A DNA stretch of 64,000 nucleotides from an uncultured delta proteobacterium. GTDB lineage: Bacteria > Myxococcota_A > Polyangia > Polyangiales > Polyangiaceae. The position numbers and the translations under genes are program-made. The stretch's first letter is position 1. Every line of letters begins with the position of its first letter. Shown here piece by piece: positions 41,450-51,969 of this stretch. Where the stretch lies: contig CAVOKF010000007.1 in the NCBI GenBank assembly GCA_963696385.1, positions 608,001 through 672,000 on the forward strand. The letters are read 5' to 3'. The notes beneath the pieces were generated by a model. The model had not been told where the DNA came from and did not search any database. It saw nothing but the letters and a program-made list of their open reading frames with translations.

Positions 41450-42736
41450 CTACACCGGAGACGCCTCGCGCGCGTTCCGATGGCTTGCCCTCGCAAGCGC
41501 CAGAGCGACGACCATAAAGGCCGCCGCGAGATAGACCGCGGTGCCCGCGCCGAGCCCGACGTGCGGGCCACCAATCGACCAAGCAAAGACACCCGTGAAC
41601 AGCACCGGGCCGACGATCCCCGCAATGGCCATGAGCCCCGAATGGGCGCCCTGAAGGCGCCCCTGCTCGTGCTGCGCGACCCGCCGAGTGAGAAGGCCTT
41701 GATAGCCGGGTTGAACCAAGCCCATCAGCGAGAAGATGGGCAACGCGAGCCAGAACTGAAAACCCGTCGTGGCCAAGCCGTAGCCCATGAAGCCCACGGC
41801 CCCGGCAGCGAGGCCCGTGTAGAGGGCGCCGCGCTCGCCGAAGCGCCGGACAAATGGACCGACGACGAGGCCTTGGACCAGAACGCTTCCGATACCCACC
41901 CCCATGAGATTGAAGCCCACGGCCGACGGCCCCCACCCATACCGGTATCCCGTGTACAGAACGAAGGTGCTTTGGAGCACTTGGTGGGCGAGAAAGTAAA
42001 GAAATACGACGGAGGCCAGAGCGAGAAGCTCCGGATGGGAGCGCAGAAGCAAGAACGATCCGACGGGGTTGGCCTTCCGAGGGCTGAATGCGGCGCGCCG
42101 ATGCCTGGGCAACGATTCCGGGAGCACGAAGAGACCGTAGATGCCGTTCGTCAGGGCCAAACCAGCCGAGATCCAGAACGGGAGTCTGAGGTCGATGCCG
42201 CCGAGAAAGCCCCCCATGGCCGGCCCAAACACGAAACCGACGCCAAAGGCGGCCCCCATCAAGCCGAAACTCTTGGCTCGCCTTTCGGGCGGGGTGATGT
42301 CGGCGACGTAGGCGTTGGCGGTCGAGAAGCTTGCCGCCGTGATGCCCGAGAGCGTGCGGCCAACGAAGAGCCAGCCGATCGAGGGAGCCAGCCCCATGAT
42401 CGCATAATCGAAGCCCAATCCGAAAATCGAGACGAGCAACACCGGCCGACGCCCGAAGCGGTCCGAAAGCGCGCCCACGACCGGAGAGAAGACGAACTGC
42501 ATGACACCGAAGATCAAGCCGAACCAACCGACGTAGCGAGCCGCCTGCGCCGTATCGCCGTGCGTGAAGTTCTTGACGAGGTTGGGCAGGACCGGAATGA
42601 CGATGCCGAGCGCCAGGACGTCCATCAGGGCCGCGGCAAAGATGAAGCCAAGGGCCGCGCGACGCGTCCCTTGGCTCAGTGCCCCCTGCGGTGGCGGGGG
42701 CTTGCGCTCGTCGGGCGCTGCGGAAGTCTCGGCCAT
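41450..42736 (-). CDS. MFS transporter, TetA/DHA1-like
   Basis: GALSDRFGRRPVLL motif A, AYVADIT, GFVFGPAMGG, LPESL. Confidence 0.9.
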   Translation of the reverse strand: MAETSAAPDERKPPPPQGALSQGTRRAALGFIFAAALMDVLALGIVIPVLPNLVKNFTHGDTAQAARYVGWFGLIFGVMQFVFSPVVGALSDRFGRRPVLLVSIFGLGFDYAIMGLAPSIGWLFVGRTLSGITAASFSTANAYVADITPPERRAKSFGLMGAAFGVGFVFGPAMGGFLGGIDLRLPFWISAGLALTNGIYGLFVLPESLPRHRRAAFSPRKANPVGSFLLLRSHPELLALASVVFLYFLAHQVLQSTFVLYTGYRYGWGPSAVGFNLMGVGIGSVLVQGLVVGPFVRRFGERGALYTGLAAGAVGFMGYGLATTGFQFWLALPIFSLMGLVQPGYQGLLTRRVAQHEQGRLQGAHSGLMAIAGIVGPVLFTGVFAWSIGGPHVGLGAGTAVYLAAAFMVVALALARASHRNAREASPV

Positions 42737-42869
42737 GTCGATCCTCGAGCCGCGCCTGTATCACGGCCGACCGCCCAGGGGCACCGCGCCGGTGCCCTCA
42801 CCCGGTCACCACCTCCCGCCCGTCAGAGCCCGAGGACGTGGCCGTTGCGCAGCGGCCGGCCGCCCGACC

Positions 42870-45515
42870 TCAGGTGCACGTTTCGTAATCCTCGGTCGCG
42901 TACGTGACGCAGACGTCGTCGTCCTCGATGCCGTCCCAGTCGGTCGCGGACGGCGTCGTCGCGTTTCCGTCGCCGTTGGTGTCGCCCCCGTTCGCGTCGT
43001 CGCGAATGGACGTGAAGATGTCTCCGGTTCCGGTCGTGAGGGCGCCGCCCGAGTCGATGTCCAACGATCCGCCAGCGAAGAACTTGAGGATCACGTCGTT
43101 GCCGAGCGTGAGAACGCCAGTGCCGGCGACGTTCAGGGTGTCGCCCGAGGTGCTGTCGCCGATGACGATGGGCACGTCCGTTTCGGACCAAGTGATATTG
43201 GCGGAGACCGTGCCCCCGCCCACGACGACGACGCCGTTGTACTCGTTGGGTTGGGGCGTCAAGGGCGCGGCCACCGAGTTGTCGAACGAGTTCGAGTCGT
43301 CGATCGAGAACGTCGTATCGATCCCCAGGGGAACGCGGTTGTCGTAAAAGAGGTTACCGGTAATGACCGTGGACGTCGCCGCCGAGCGCGCGTCGAGAGC
43401 TGGCGGCAACGAGATCGAATCCGTCGCCGTTCGATCGTGCGCGAAGACGCTGCTGGTCACAGTGATTGCGGCGGACCCATACGTCGAAAGCGCCGCCGAG
43501 TCACCGTTTCCGGCGTAGTAGAACTGGCAATAGGCGAACGCCGAACCGCTGACTTCGACGGTGATCCCCGCCCAGTCCGCGGACGCGGGGGTCGTCGCCG
43601 AACCGTCGCCGTTGGTATCTCCACCGTGGGTGTCGTCGGCGATCGAGGTGAAGACGATCCCGGTCGTGCCCCTGGCCGAAAGCACTCCCTGGACGTCGAC
43701 AGACCCCCCGGAAAGAAACTTCACCACGACCCCATCGGCGATCGTCAGCGCCCCTGTGCCGTTGATGTCGAAGTAGTCATTTGCGGCGGTGTTGCCCACG
43801 ACCAGAGGCACCTTCGTCTCGGACCACGTGATGTTGGCCGCAACAGTGGCTCCGTTGACGATCACCACGCCGTTGTACTCGTTGGGCTGGGGCATCGATG
43901 GTGCGGCCGCCGAGTTGTCGAACGAGTTGGAGTCGTCGATCGAGTACGTCGCGTTGATCGCCAAGGGAACGCGGTTGTCGTAAAACAGGTTGCCGGTGAC
44001 GACGGTACCGGTCGCCGCGGAGCTCAAATCGAGCGCGGCAGCGGAGCTGAGCGAATCGGTCGGCGCCTTGTTGTGCGCGAAAATGCTATCGGTCACCGTG
44101 GCCGATACGCTGCCTTCGGTCGAGAGCGCCGAGGAGTCGTCGCCGCCCGCGTAATAAAATCGGCAGTAGCGGAATGCCGAACCGCTCTCTTGGAGCGTGA
44201 TGCCTTGCCAGTCCGCGGGCGCCGGCGTCGTCGTCGATCCGTCGCCGTTGGTGTCTCCGCCCTGAGCGTCGTCGGCGATGGACGTGAAGACAATCGCGCT
44301 CGCGCCGATCGCCGAGAGCCGTCCCTGGACGTCGACGAAGCCCCCGGCCAGAAACTTCACGACGACCCCGTCGGCGAGGGTCAGCACGCCGGTGCTGTTA
44401 ATCGCCAGGAAGTCGTTGTCGGAGCTGTTGCCGATGACGAGGGGGACCTTCGTCTCGGCCCACGTCACGTTGCCGGCCACCGTGGCTCCGTTGGCGACCA
44501 CGACGCCGTTGTACTCGTTGGGCTGCGGCTGCGAGGGGGCCGAGAAGGAGTTGTCGAACGAGTTCGAGTCGTCGATCGAGAACGTCGTATTGATCGCCAG
44601 GGGAACCCGGTTGTCGTAAAAGACATTGCCTGTGACCACAGTACCGGTGGCGGCCGAGCTCAGGTCGAGCGCCGGCGCGGCCGAGAGCGCGTCGGTCGTC
44701 GGCTTGTCGTGCGCGAATACGCCGTAGGTCACGGTGATCGACTCGCTGCCACTGATGACAAGGGCCGAGGATTCGTTGGCGCCCGCGTAATAGAACTGGC
44801 AGTCCTGGAGGGTCGACCCGTCACCCTGAACGCTGATGCCCGACCAGTCGCCCGGCGCCGGAGTGGTGGCCGAGCCATCGCCGTTGGTGTCTCCCGCGTG
44901 TGCGTCATCCGTGAGAGACGTGAACACGATGGGGTACGCGGAGCCACCGAGTGCTTGGACCGTCCCAGTCGCTTCGACGGTTGCCCCGTATCCGGTGTCG
45001 AACTTTACGACCGTCCCCTGGTCGATCGACAGCGAACTCTGGATATCGAGGACGCACTCGACCACGTACACGGCCGCCGTCCAGGTGGTGGGCGTCGAAA
45101 TGATGCACGCGTCTCCCGTGACCATGACCATGGGCAGAGACGCGGGCGGCACCGAGCCCGCACCCATGGTCGGGCCGATCGGTTGGGTCGAGCCGTCCTC
45201 GCCGCCCCCGTCCGCTGTGTTGGCGGCGTCGCCGGAGTCGGTCCCCGCATCGATGGATGGACTCGCGCCGTCGGGTCCCGTGCCCCCGTCCGGCGACCCC
45301 GTAGCCGTTGCCGTCGCCGTGCTCGTTGGGGTGGTGGCGGTGGACGTCGCCACGCCGGTTCCGGTCGGGCCGCTGCCGGTTCCCGTGCCGGTCCCGGTTC
45401 CCGTGCCGGTGTCGGTTCCCGTATCGGTCGAGGGGTTGCCGCCACTGCCGCTGCAGCCCACGGCACCGGCCACCAAGCCAAGTCCTACGCTCACTAGAAG
45501 CCATCGTCCGTTCAT
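42870..45515 (-). CDS. Large lipoprotein with tandem 212-aa beta-helix-like repeats
   Basis: Lipobox AVGC, TG linker; (V)FTSxxDDxxxGDTNGDG..W occurs four times at a 636-nt period. Confidence 0.82.
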   Translation of the reverse strand: MNGRWLLVSVGLGLVAGAVGCSGSGGNPSTDTGTDTGTGTGTGTGTGSGPTGTGVATSTATTPTSTATATATGSPDGGTGPDGASPSIDAGTDSGDAANTADGGGEDGSTQPIGPTMGAGSVPPASLPMVMVTGDACIISTPTTWTAAVYVVECVLDIQSSLSIDQGTVVKFDTGYGATVEATGTVQALGGSAYPIVFTSLTDDAHAGDTNGDGSATTPAPGDWSGISVQGDGSTLQDCQFYYAGANESSALVISGSESITVTYGVFAHDKPTTDALSAAPALDLSSAATGTVVTGNVFYDNRVPLAINTTFSIDDSNSFDNSFSAPSQPQPNEYNGVVVANGATVAGNVTWAETKVPLVIGNSSDNDFLAINSTGVLTLADGVVVKFLAGGFVDVQGRLSAIGASAIVFTSIADDAQGGDTNGDGSTTTPAPADWQGITLQESGSAFRYCRFYYAGGDDSSALSTEGSVSATVTDSIFAHNKAPTDSLSSAAALDLSSAATGTVVTGNLFYDNRVPLAINATYSIDDSNSFDNSAAAPSMPQPNEYNGVVIVNGATVAANITWSETKVPLVVGNTAANDYFDINGTGALTIADGVVVKFLSGGSVDVQGVLSARGTTGIVFTSIADDTHGGDTNGDGSATTPASADWAGITVEVSGSAFAYCQFYYAGNGDSAALSTYGSAAITVTSSVFAHDRTATDSISLPPALDARSAATSTVITGNLFYDNRVPLGIDTTFSIDDSNSFDNSVAAPLTPQPNEYNGVVVVGGGTVSANITWSETDVPIVIGDSTSGDTLNVAGTGVLTLGNDVILKFFAGGSLDIDSGGALTTGTGDIFTSIRDDANGGDTNGDGNATTPSATDWDGIEDDDVCVTYATEDYETCT

Positions 45516-45970
45516 TTCAATTCTCCCTGGAGTGATGATGGTGCACCTTCCGACCTGGCATTCGGTGTCCGCACACCATGCCCGACTCGAGAGGTTGGCC
45601 GAATCCACAGCAACCTGCGGGCCGGCGCGGAAGCCATGGATCCTCAACGACTTTTTGTCCATGTCACGATCCGTGCGGGCCTGTGTCACGCCCTTGCCTT
45701 GAGGCGCGCACGTCGTTCGTCGCGCGCAGCCGGAACGGTCGGAGGCTCCATTGAAGCCACCAGATGCCCGCGAGCCCAATGCCGCGCGAGGCCCCTTCCA
45801 CGCCCATGGTCAGGGCTATGCGAGGAGCCTGGTCATTGTCAACGACGCCGTCACTTTCCAGCCTGGCGGTTACGACTACGGAGAACAGACTACGGTTCGC
45901 GCCTCTTGCCGACTTCTCGCACCTTCGGTCGCACGCTTGCCGTGTCCGCGTCGCGCACCTTCCCCCGCCC

Positions 45971-46024
45971 CGGGCTGGTTCCCCCGGGCTGGTTCCCTCG
46001 GGCTGGTTCCCCGGGCTGGGTTCC
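45971..46024. repeat. Four copies of a 13-14 bp unit CGGGCTGGTTCCC
   Basis: Directly visible tandem repeat in a divergent intergenic region. Confidence 0.8.
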
Positions 46025-46165
46025 GGCGTACACATGTATATCGCATGTGTGGTGAGGACGGAATCGACCGCCTATGGTATGTCCTGTCGCCGTGATTCGC
46101 CCTAGGGGAAGGGGCGCGCTAAGGTGAGATCCCCGCGCATGCTGGCCTCGTGCCGAAATGACCCG

Positions 46166-47176
46166 ATGCGCCACCTTCTACGGCTTTGCGGCTGCACGGC
46201 CGCACGGGCCGTGGGCGGCTTGGTGGCCGGTCTCGCGTGCGCCTGCGGGGGTGCGACCGACATCGCGCCGGCCACCGATGGCGGCAGTTCCCCCCTGAAC
46301 CACACTGTCGGAGCGGCCGACTCAGGCGTGATACCGATCTTGAGCGCGGAAGACTCCGGAACGGCCACGAGCGGCTGCTCCGCGGCCTCCCAGCTCGCCT
46401 ACGTGCTCTCGACCCAAAACGTGATCTACAGCTTCGACCCGCCGACGAAGTCGTTCACGCCGGTTGCGACTCTCGATTGCGATGCCGGATCCATGGTGCC
46501 CAATTCCATGGCGGTCGATCGGCAGGGCAATGCGTGGGTCGACTACGTCTCACTCAATGGCCAGGGAAACGTCACAGGCGGCGCGATTTTCGAAGTGAAT
46601 CTCCAAGTCGGCAATTGTACCCCAACCAACGTCGTACTCGGCCCGGGGTGGTATCAAGTCGGAATGGGGTACTCGACCGCATCCGCCACCGACCCCACCG
46701 ACACGCTTTACCTGGCGGGCGACAACGACATCCAGAGCTGCGTGCTGGTCGGAGACGCGACCAGCGCGGGCTTGGCCACGGTCGATACGGCGACCGGCGC
46801 ACTGACGCCGGTGGGATCGTTCTCGAACGGACTCGGCGGGCAGAACGCCGAGCTCACGGGGACCGGAGACGGAAGACTCTTCGGCTTTTTCGATCTGGCG
46901 GAGGTCGAGATCGCCCAGATCAACAAAACGACCGCGGCGACGCCGATCCAGAACGCGATTCCGGGAGTGCAGTGCCCGTGGGCCTACGCGTTTTCGTTCT
47001 GGGGAGGGGACTTTTACCTCTACACAGCCGCGGGTCAGAACATCAACTCGAGCGTAACGCACTATACGAGCGCGGACGGCGGAATCGACACGAGCTACAT
47101 CCCCGACGTGGGGTTTGCGATTATCGGAGCGGGCGTATCGACCTGTGCGCCGACGACTTCTATCCTACCCCGCTGA
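46166..47176 (+). CDS. Myxobacterial lipoprotein, probable beta-propeller
   Basis: Lipobox ACAC; PNSMAVDR, AELTGTGDGRLFGF, FSFWGGDFYLYT, GAGVSTCAP. Confidence 0.75.
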   Translation: MRHLLRLCGCTAARAVGGLVAGLACACGGATDIAPATDGGSSPLNHTVGAADSGVIPILSAEDSGTATSGCSAASQLAYVLSTQNVIYSFDPPTKSFTPVATLDCDAGSMVPNSMAVDRQGNAWVDYVSLNGQGNVTGGAIFEVNLQVGNCTPTNVVLGPGWYQVGMGYSTASATDPTDTLYLAGDNDIQSCVLVGDATSAGLATVDTATGALTPVGSFSNGLGGQNAELTGTGDGRLFGFFDLAEVEIAQINKTTAATPIQNAIPGVQCPWAYAFSFWGGDFYLYTAAGQNINSSVTHYTSADGGIDTSYIPDVGFAIIGAGVSTCAPTTSILPR

Positions 47177-47209
47177 GGCCGACGATTCGCCGCGTCCGGA
47201 CCCGCCGCG

Positions 47210-48325
47210 ATGAACGCGATGAGCAAGATGGGTCTGGGCGCCGCGGCGCTGACCGGGGCGATCGGACTCTTGGCGGACTGCTCGCCGTCGACTCCGATGG
47301 GCATGGACAACGACGGCGGGACCGAGGCGACCTGCGTTGGATCCACAGGCATCGCTCCGGAGAGCGACGGCGGTCCGCCGAGTTGTCAGGAGGCCGCGCC
47401 AGGGACGACCAACTGCGGCCCCGGCGGCGTCGGCACGGCGAGTTGCTGCGCGAGCCTCGAGGTGCCCAGCGGAACCTACTATCGGACGTTTCAAGTCGCG
47501 GGGGACACGGACGCCGGCCCAACGGCGGAGGCCGACCCAGCGACCGTCAGCGCGTTCCGTCTGGATCAGTACTTGGTCACGGTCGGGCGCTTTCGCTCCT
47601 TCGTCCGTGCTTGGGACGGGGGAAGGGGGTACACGCCGCCGGCCGGATCGGGCAAGCACATCCACCTGAACGGCGGCCAGGGCCTGGCCAACAGTGCAAA
47701 CCCGGGCACGTTCGAGCCAGGCTGGGTCGCTTCGGACGACTGCAACATCGCGCCGACGGACCTCAACTTGAACTGCACCCCGGCCCCCGCGACGTGGACG
47801 GCGTCGGCCGGCGATGACGAAAGCCTGCCGATCAACTGCGTCACCTGGTACGAAGCGTACGCCTTCTGCATCTGGGACGGCGGTTTCCTTCCGAGCGAGA
47901 CGGAGTGGGAGTACGCGGCTGCCGCCGGGAGCCAGCAGCGCGAATACCCGTGGGGGCAGACGGATCCGGGGATCGCGAATCAGTACGCGATCTACGGCGA
48001 CGGAATGGGCAGCTGCTACTTCCCATTCGGCACCCAATGCAACGGAGTCTTCAACATTGCGCCGGTGGGGACTCCGGCGCAGGGTGCGGGGTATTGGGGC
48101 CAGCTCGATTTGGCCGGCGAGACCTTCGAGTGGAATCTGGATTGGTACGCGGCGTATGTCGATCCGTGCGTCGACTGCGCCTATCTGTCACCGAGCCCCG
48201 GCCGCGTCTACCGGGGCGGTGCCTTCTCCCAACCAGTGACGTATCTCGCCACGTGGCAGCGAAATGACCCGACGGCGACGACTCGCTTCAACTACCTCGG
48301 CGTCCGGTGTGCCAGGACGCCGTAG
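47210..48325 (+). CDS. FGE-sulfatase (SUMF1-like) domain lipoprotein
   Basis: FRLDQYLVTVGRF, PINCVTW, LPSETEWEYAA, YPWG, DLAG..EW, RGG, GVRCAR. Confidence 0.88.
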   Translation: MNAMSKMGLGAAALTGAIGLLADCSPSTPMGMDNDGGTEATCVGSTGIAPESDGGPPSCQEAAPGTTNCGPGGVGTASCCASLEVPSGTYYRTFQVAGDTDAGPTAEADPATVSAFRLDQYLVTVGRFRSFVRAWDGGRGYTPPAGSGKHIHLNGGQGLANSANPGTFEPGWVASDDCNIAPTDLNLNCTPAPATWTASAGDDESLPINCVTWYEAYAFCIWDGGFLPSETEWEYAAAAGSQQREYPWGQTDPGIANQYAIYGDGMGSCYFPFGTQCNGVFNIAPVGTPAQGAGYWGQLDLAGETFEWNLDWYAAYVDPCVDCAYLSPSPGRVYRGGAFSQPVTYLATWQRNDPTATTRFNYLGVRCARTP

Positions 48326-48352
48326 CGGGGGAGTAGCGCGCCCCCTTCTCAC

Positions 48353-48898
48353 TCAGCGTCGGCCGCGGCCGAGGCGCCCGGCGGCGCCGGGGCGCGCTAC
48401 CCAATAGCCGTGCAGCCCCACCGGGTGCCACGGGTGCCTGACCCAGAGGCCATAATGGTACGGTCCCCACCCCCAGGGCGAGACGTACCAGGTCCAGCCG
48501 TACGCCGGCGTATAGAGGTACGTGTACGGGACGCCTTCCATTTCCACGGCCGACGCTCCGGCCGGAACCCATACCCATCCGTTGCCGGCCAAGTAGACCC
48601 ACTGGCCGGTTGGATAGGCATTGACGAGCGGCGGCGCGGAGGCAGGCTGCGCCGGCGGTCCCGAAGGGGGCCCCTCGGTGGCGGGGGGCGGCGGCGCCTG
48701 GGGCGGCGGCGGAGAAGCCGGCCCTTGATTCGGAGGTGCGGCCTGCGTGTACGGCTCTGGAAGCGGAGCCGGCTCAGCCGATGGCGCTGCCGGCGGCGCC
48801 GGCGGCACCTGCGGCGGGGGCTCGGACTCCGTCGTGTCCGCGCAGCCTACGATCAGACACGCGACAAGCAAGGGGAGGGTACGCAAATGAGGGATCAT
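48353..48898 (-). CDS. Pro-rich lipoprotein with W/Y-rich C-terminus
   Basis: Lipobox IVGC; GQWVY..GWVWVP, YGWTW..PWGWG. Confidence 0.7.
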   Translation of the reverse strand: MIPHLRTLPLLVACLIVGCADTTESEPPPQVPPAPPAAPSAEPAPLPEPYTQAAPPNQGPASPPPPQAPPPPATEGPPSGPPAQPASAPPLVNAYPTGQWVYLAGNGWVWVPAGASAVEMEGVPYTYLYTPAYGWTWYVSPWGWGPYHYGLWVRHPWHPVGLHGYWVARPGAAGRLGRGRR

Positions 48899-49086
48899 AG
48901 GAGTGCTCGATTGGATAACATCCGAGAAGGTCCTGGCGGCCTGTCCGAAAAGTTATAGCCGACGAGCCGTCGATTCACGATGACCAGCGGCAGCGATTCG
49001 ACGTTTCAACCGCACGAGCCGCCAAAACCGCACAGCCTGCGGAGACCCTTGACACCCGACAATTCACGGCGCACGAGCTTGCACGC

Positions 49087-49392
49087 ATGACCGTCGACGA
49101 GCTCTTCGCCGCCGCGACCGACCGCGAGCTTCCGCCCGACCTCGCCCCGCTGCTTCGCGCGCTGTGGCTCGACGCACGGGGAGATTGGGCCGGCGCGCAT
49201 CGCATCGCGCAGGACGATGCCAGCCGAGACGGTGCCTGGGTCCACGCGTACTTGCATCGCAAGGAAGGCGACACCCCAAACGCGGCGTACTGGTATCGCC
49301 AAGCCAAGCGGCCCGAAGCGGACGGGGCATTCGACGAGGAGTGGAGGAGGCTTGCCAGCGAGCTGATTTCCAGGTCGATTCCGGTACCATGA
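49087..49392 (+). CDS. Conserved hypothetical protein
   Basis: GDWAGAHRIAQ..AWVHAYLHRKEGD..NAAYWY motif of a widespread small family. Confidence 0.8.
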   Translation: MTVDELFAAATDRELPPDLAPLLRALWLDARGDWAGAHRIAQDDASRDGAWVHAYLHRKEGDTPNAAYWYRQAKRPEADGAFDEEWRRLASELISRSIPVP

Positions 49393-49544
49393 AATTCGCG
49401 CGGCGCGGCATCCCGGCACGGGACGATCCCGCAGGCCGACCCATGCGTCTGACGAGCGGAGCGGCCTCAGCGGGGCCCGCACGCGGGTCCCGCTTTTGCC
49501 TCAAGGCTTCTGGAGACGAGCCGTTTGCCGCTGGGAGGAATGCC

Positions 49545-49748
49545 GTGGCCGACCGCTACAGGACGTTGCGCGCACTCGCGCTTCGCCTGCTCAACGGCGA
49601 AGTCATCGAACACGTGGACGGTCGGGGACGCCGGTGGAGGGCGACGGCCAAGCGTCTCACACTGGTTTCGCCCGAAACCGGCGAAGCCGCTCCGGTCGTC
49701 GACGGCGACGCCTACGAGATCGCCGATCGGCTCACGAAGCTGCCGTGA
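49545..49748 (+). CDS. Small hypothetical protein
   Basis: GGGAGG SD before GTG 49545; stop overlaps next gene (GTGA). Confidence 0.5.
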   Translation: MADRYRTLRALALRLLNGEVIEHVDGRGRRWRATAKRLTLVSPETGEAAPVVDGDAYEIADRLTKLP

Positions 49749-51312
49749 GCCATGAGATGCCCGGCCGGGGCAGCGATCACGGATACCTCACCGACGTCGC
49801 GTACGTGCGGCAGTTCTGCGCGGAGCTCAACCCCAACCTATGGCGCGCAGCGGCCGCACTCGCCGGCTGTCCAGCTCCCGCTTGCAACGACTTCGACTAT
49901 TGCGAGCTCGGCTCCGGTCTGGGCGATACCCTCGCGACGTTCGCAGCGGCCTATCCGCGCGCACGCTTCGTCGGTTTCGACCTCAACCCCGCGCACGTCG
50001 GGGCCGCGCAAAGCCTGGCGGCGCGCAGCGCCCTTAGCAACGTGCGGTTTCTCGAACGCGATTTCGAAGATCTGCGCGGCGACGAGCTACCGCCGCTCGA
50101 CTACGTGTGTGCGCACGGCTTGCTCACCTGGATCCCCCCGAAAAGCGAAGGGCGCTTTTCGGGCGCGCGGCGGCCTGGCTCAAGCCGGGAGGCCTGCTCT
50201 ACCTCGGTTACAACGCGCTGCCCGGGTGGGCTGCCGTCGAGCCACTGCGCAGACTCATGCTCGACACGTCGGCCGGCGTCGAGGGAGGCAGCGAGGCGCG
50301 CGCGCGGCACGGGCTCGCATTCGCAAAGACCCTGTGCGACGGCCACGCGGGGTACTTCGTGTCCAACCCATCGGCCAAGGAGATTCTCGCGACGATGCTC
50401 AAGATGGGCGTTCCGTACACGGCCCACGAGTTCTTTCACGCGCACTGGCATCCAATGTACTTCGCGGACGTCGCCGCGGAGGCCGCCGAGCACGATCTGC
50501 GCTTTGTCGGGCAAATCCCGCTGCATCTCAACTATCGCGATCTGACGATCCCGGCGCCTTTGCAGGAGGCCTTTCGGTCGGTCTCCGATCGGCGCGCCTG
50601 GGAGCATCTGAAGGATTTCGCGACCAACGAGAGTTTCCGGCGCGACGTCTACGTCAAGGGCGCGGTGGGCCGTGCCGAAAACACGAGCCGAACGTATCTC
50701 GATGGCACCCCGTTCGGGACGCTGGTTCCGGCCGACCGGGTGAAGCGAGACGTGCCGCTCGCGAGCCGATCGCTCCGCTTTACCGGGCCGCTGTTCGACG
50801 CCGTCATCGCTCGGATCGCCCGGCGCTCGTGGACGGCGAGCGATCTGGCCCGGGAGCCTTCGTTGGCGGCGTTCGACTCCGACGCGATACGCCAGGCCGT
50901 GCTGCACCTGCTCATGGGAGGGGACGTCGTTCCGGTGGCCCTTGGCTCGACCGAATGCCTCGCGACCGGATCGCGCTACCGTGTGGCGTCCGCATTCAAC
51001 CGGGCCATTCTGTCGCAACCCTTGTCCAACCGGGCCGCGGTCGTGCTCGCCTCGCCGGTCGCGGGAACCGGGGTGCGCCTATCGATGATCCAGGCGGTGA
51101 TGCTGCGCGCCCTCTCCGAAGGGCGACCGGACGAGCGGACGGCGTGGATCCGATCGTTCGTCGACCGGAGCCCGCTCAGGGCATGGGACCACGGCAGTCC
51201 GCTCGACACCAAAGAAGACGTCACACGCCTCATTGGTCAAAGACTCGAGTCCTTTTGCACCACGTGGCTGCCCAAGCTCGTCGAGCTCGGCGTCGTCGAG
51301 CCGGAGCCGTGA
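49745..51312 (+). CDS. SAM-dependent methyltransferase with methyltransferase-regulatory domain; apparent 1-nt deletion in C6 run near 50135
   Basis: GYLTDVAY, ELGSGLG, GFDLNPAH, DYVCAHG..WI in one frame continuing as LKPGGLLYLGYNALPGW, HEFF, NESFRRDVYVK in the other. Confidence 0.82.
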
Positions 51313-51380
51313 TGCCGCCCAGCGGGGCCACCGTCGACGATCGGGGCCGCCGCCAGCGTGGACTCGCGGGACGCGCTCCC

Positions 51381-51878
51381 CTACGGGGCCGCGAGGGCCT
51401 TTTCGATTGCCTGCTTCACGGGCAAGCTCGTCGGCTCGATCTCGGGCTCGAAGCGCGCGAGCACCTCCCCGTTCTTGCCGATGAGAAACTTGTTGAAGTT
51501 CCATCGGATATCGCCGGCGAAAGAAGCATTGGTCTTCGGGCTCGTGAGATAGTCGAACAGAGGGTCGATGCCCGGACCTTTGACCTTGACCTTCGCGAAC
51601 AGATCGAACTTTACGTCGTAGCGCCGTGTGCAAAACTCCTTGATGGCGTCGTTGGTGCCGGGCTCCTGCGCGCCGAACTCGTTGGCCGGGAAGGCGAGTA
51701 CGGCGAGCCCCGTGGGTGCATAAGTCTCGTGCAGCGTTTCGAGGCCCGCATACTGAGGAGTGAGCCCGCACTGGGACGCGACGTTGACGATGAGGAGAGC
51801 TTTGCCTCGATACTCGCTCAGCGTTTTCGGTTCGCCGTCGATAGTGAGCACCGAAAAGTCGTAAATGCCTTTGGACAT
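51381..51878 (-). CDS. gpx: Glutathione peroxidase, Cys-type
   Basis: NVASQCGLT, FPANEFGAQEPG, WNFNKFL. Confidence 0.93.
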   Translation of the reverse strand: MSKGIYDFSVLTIDGEPKTLSEYRGKALLIVNVASQCGLTPQYAGLETLHETYAPTGLAVLAFPANEFGAQEPGTNDAIKEFCTRRYDVKFDLFAKVKVKGPGIDPLFDYLTSPKTNASFAGDIRWNFNKFLIGKNGEVLARFEPEIEPTSLPVKQAIEKALAAP

Positions 51879-51969
51879 GAGTCACCCGCGGTGGGAGGGG
51901 GCCGTGGGATAAAAGCCCGGCGCGCCCCCTTTGGCAAGGCGGTTCAGCGAGAACGGATCGGCCGGCGTT

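Noticed and set aside
41450..42736. Acquired tetracycline resistance determinant
   Set aside because: No tetR or mobile element nearby and GC matches the host; it looks like a generic DHA1 MFS.
47210..48325. FGE/CLec-fold gene as a diversity-generating retroelement target
   Set aside because: No reverse transcriptase and no template-repeat copy of its 3' end in the window.
51381..51878. Selenocysteine glutathione peroxidase
   Set aside because: The active-site codon is TGC (Cys) and there is no in-frame TGA.
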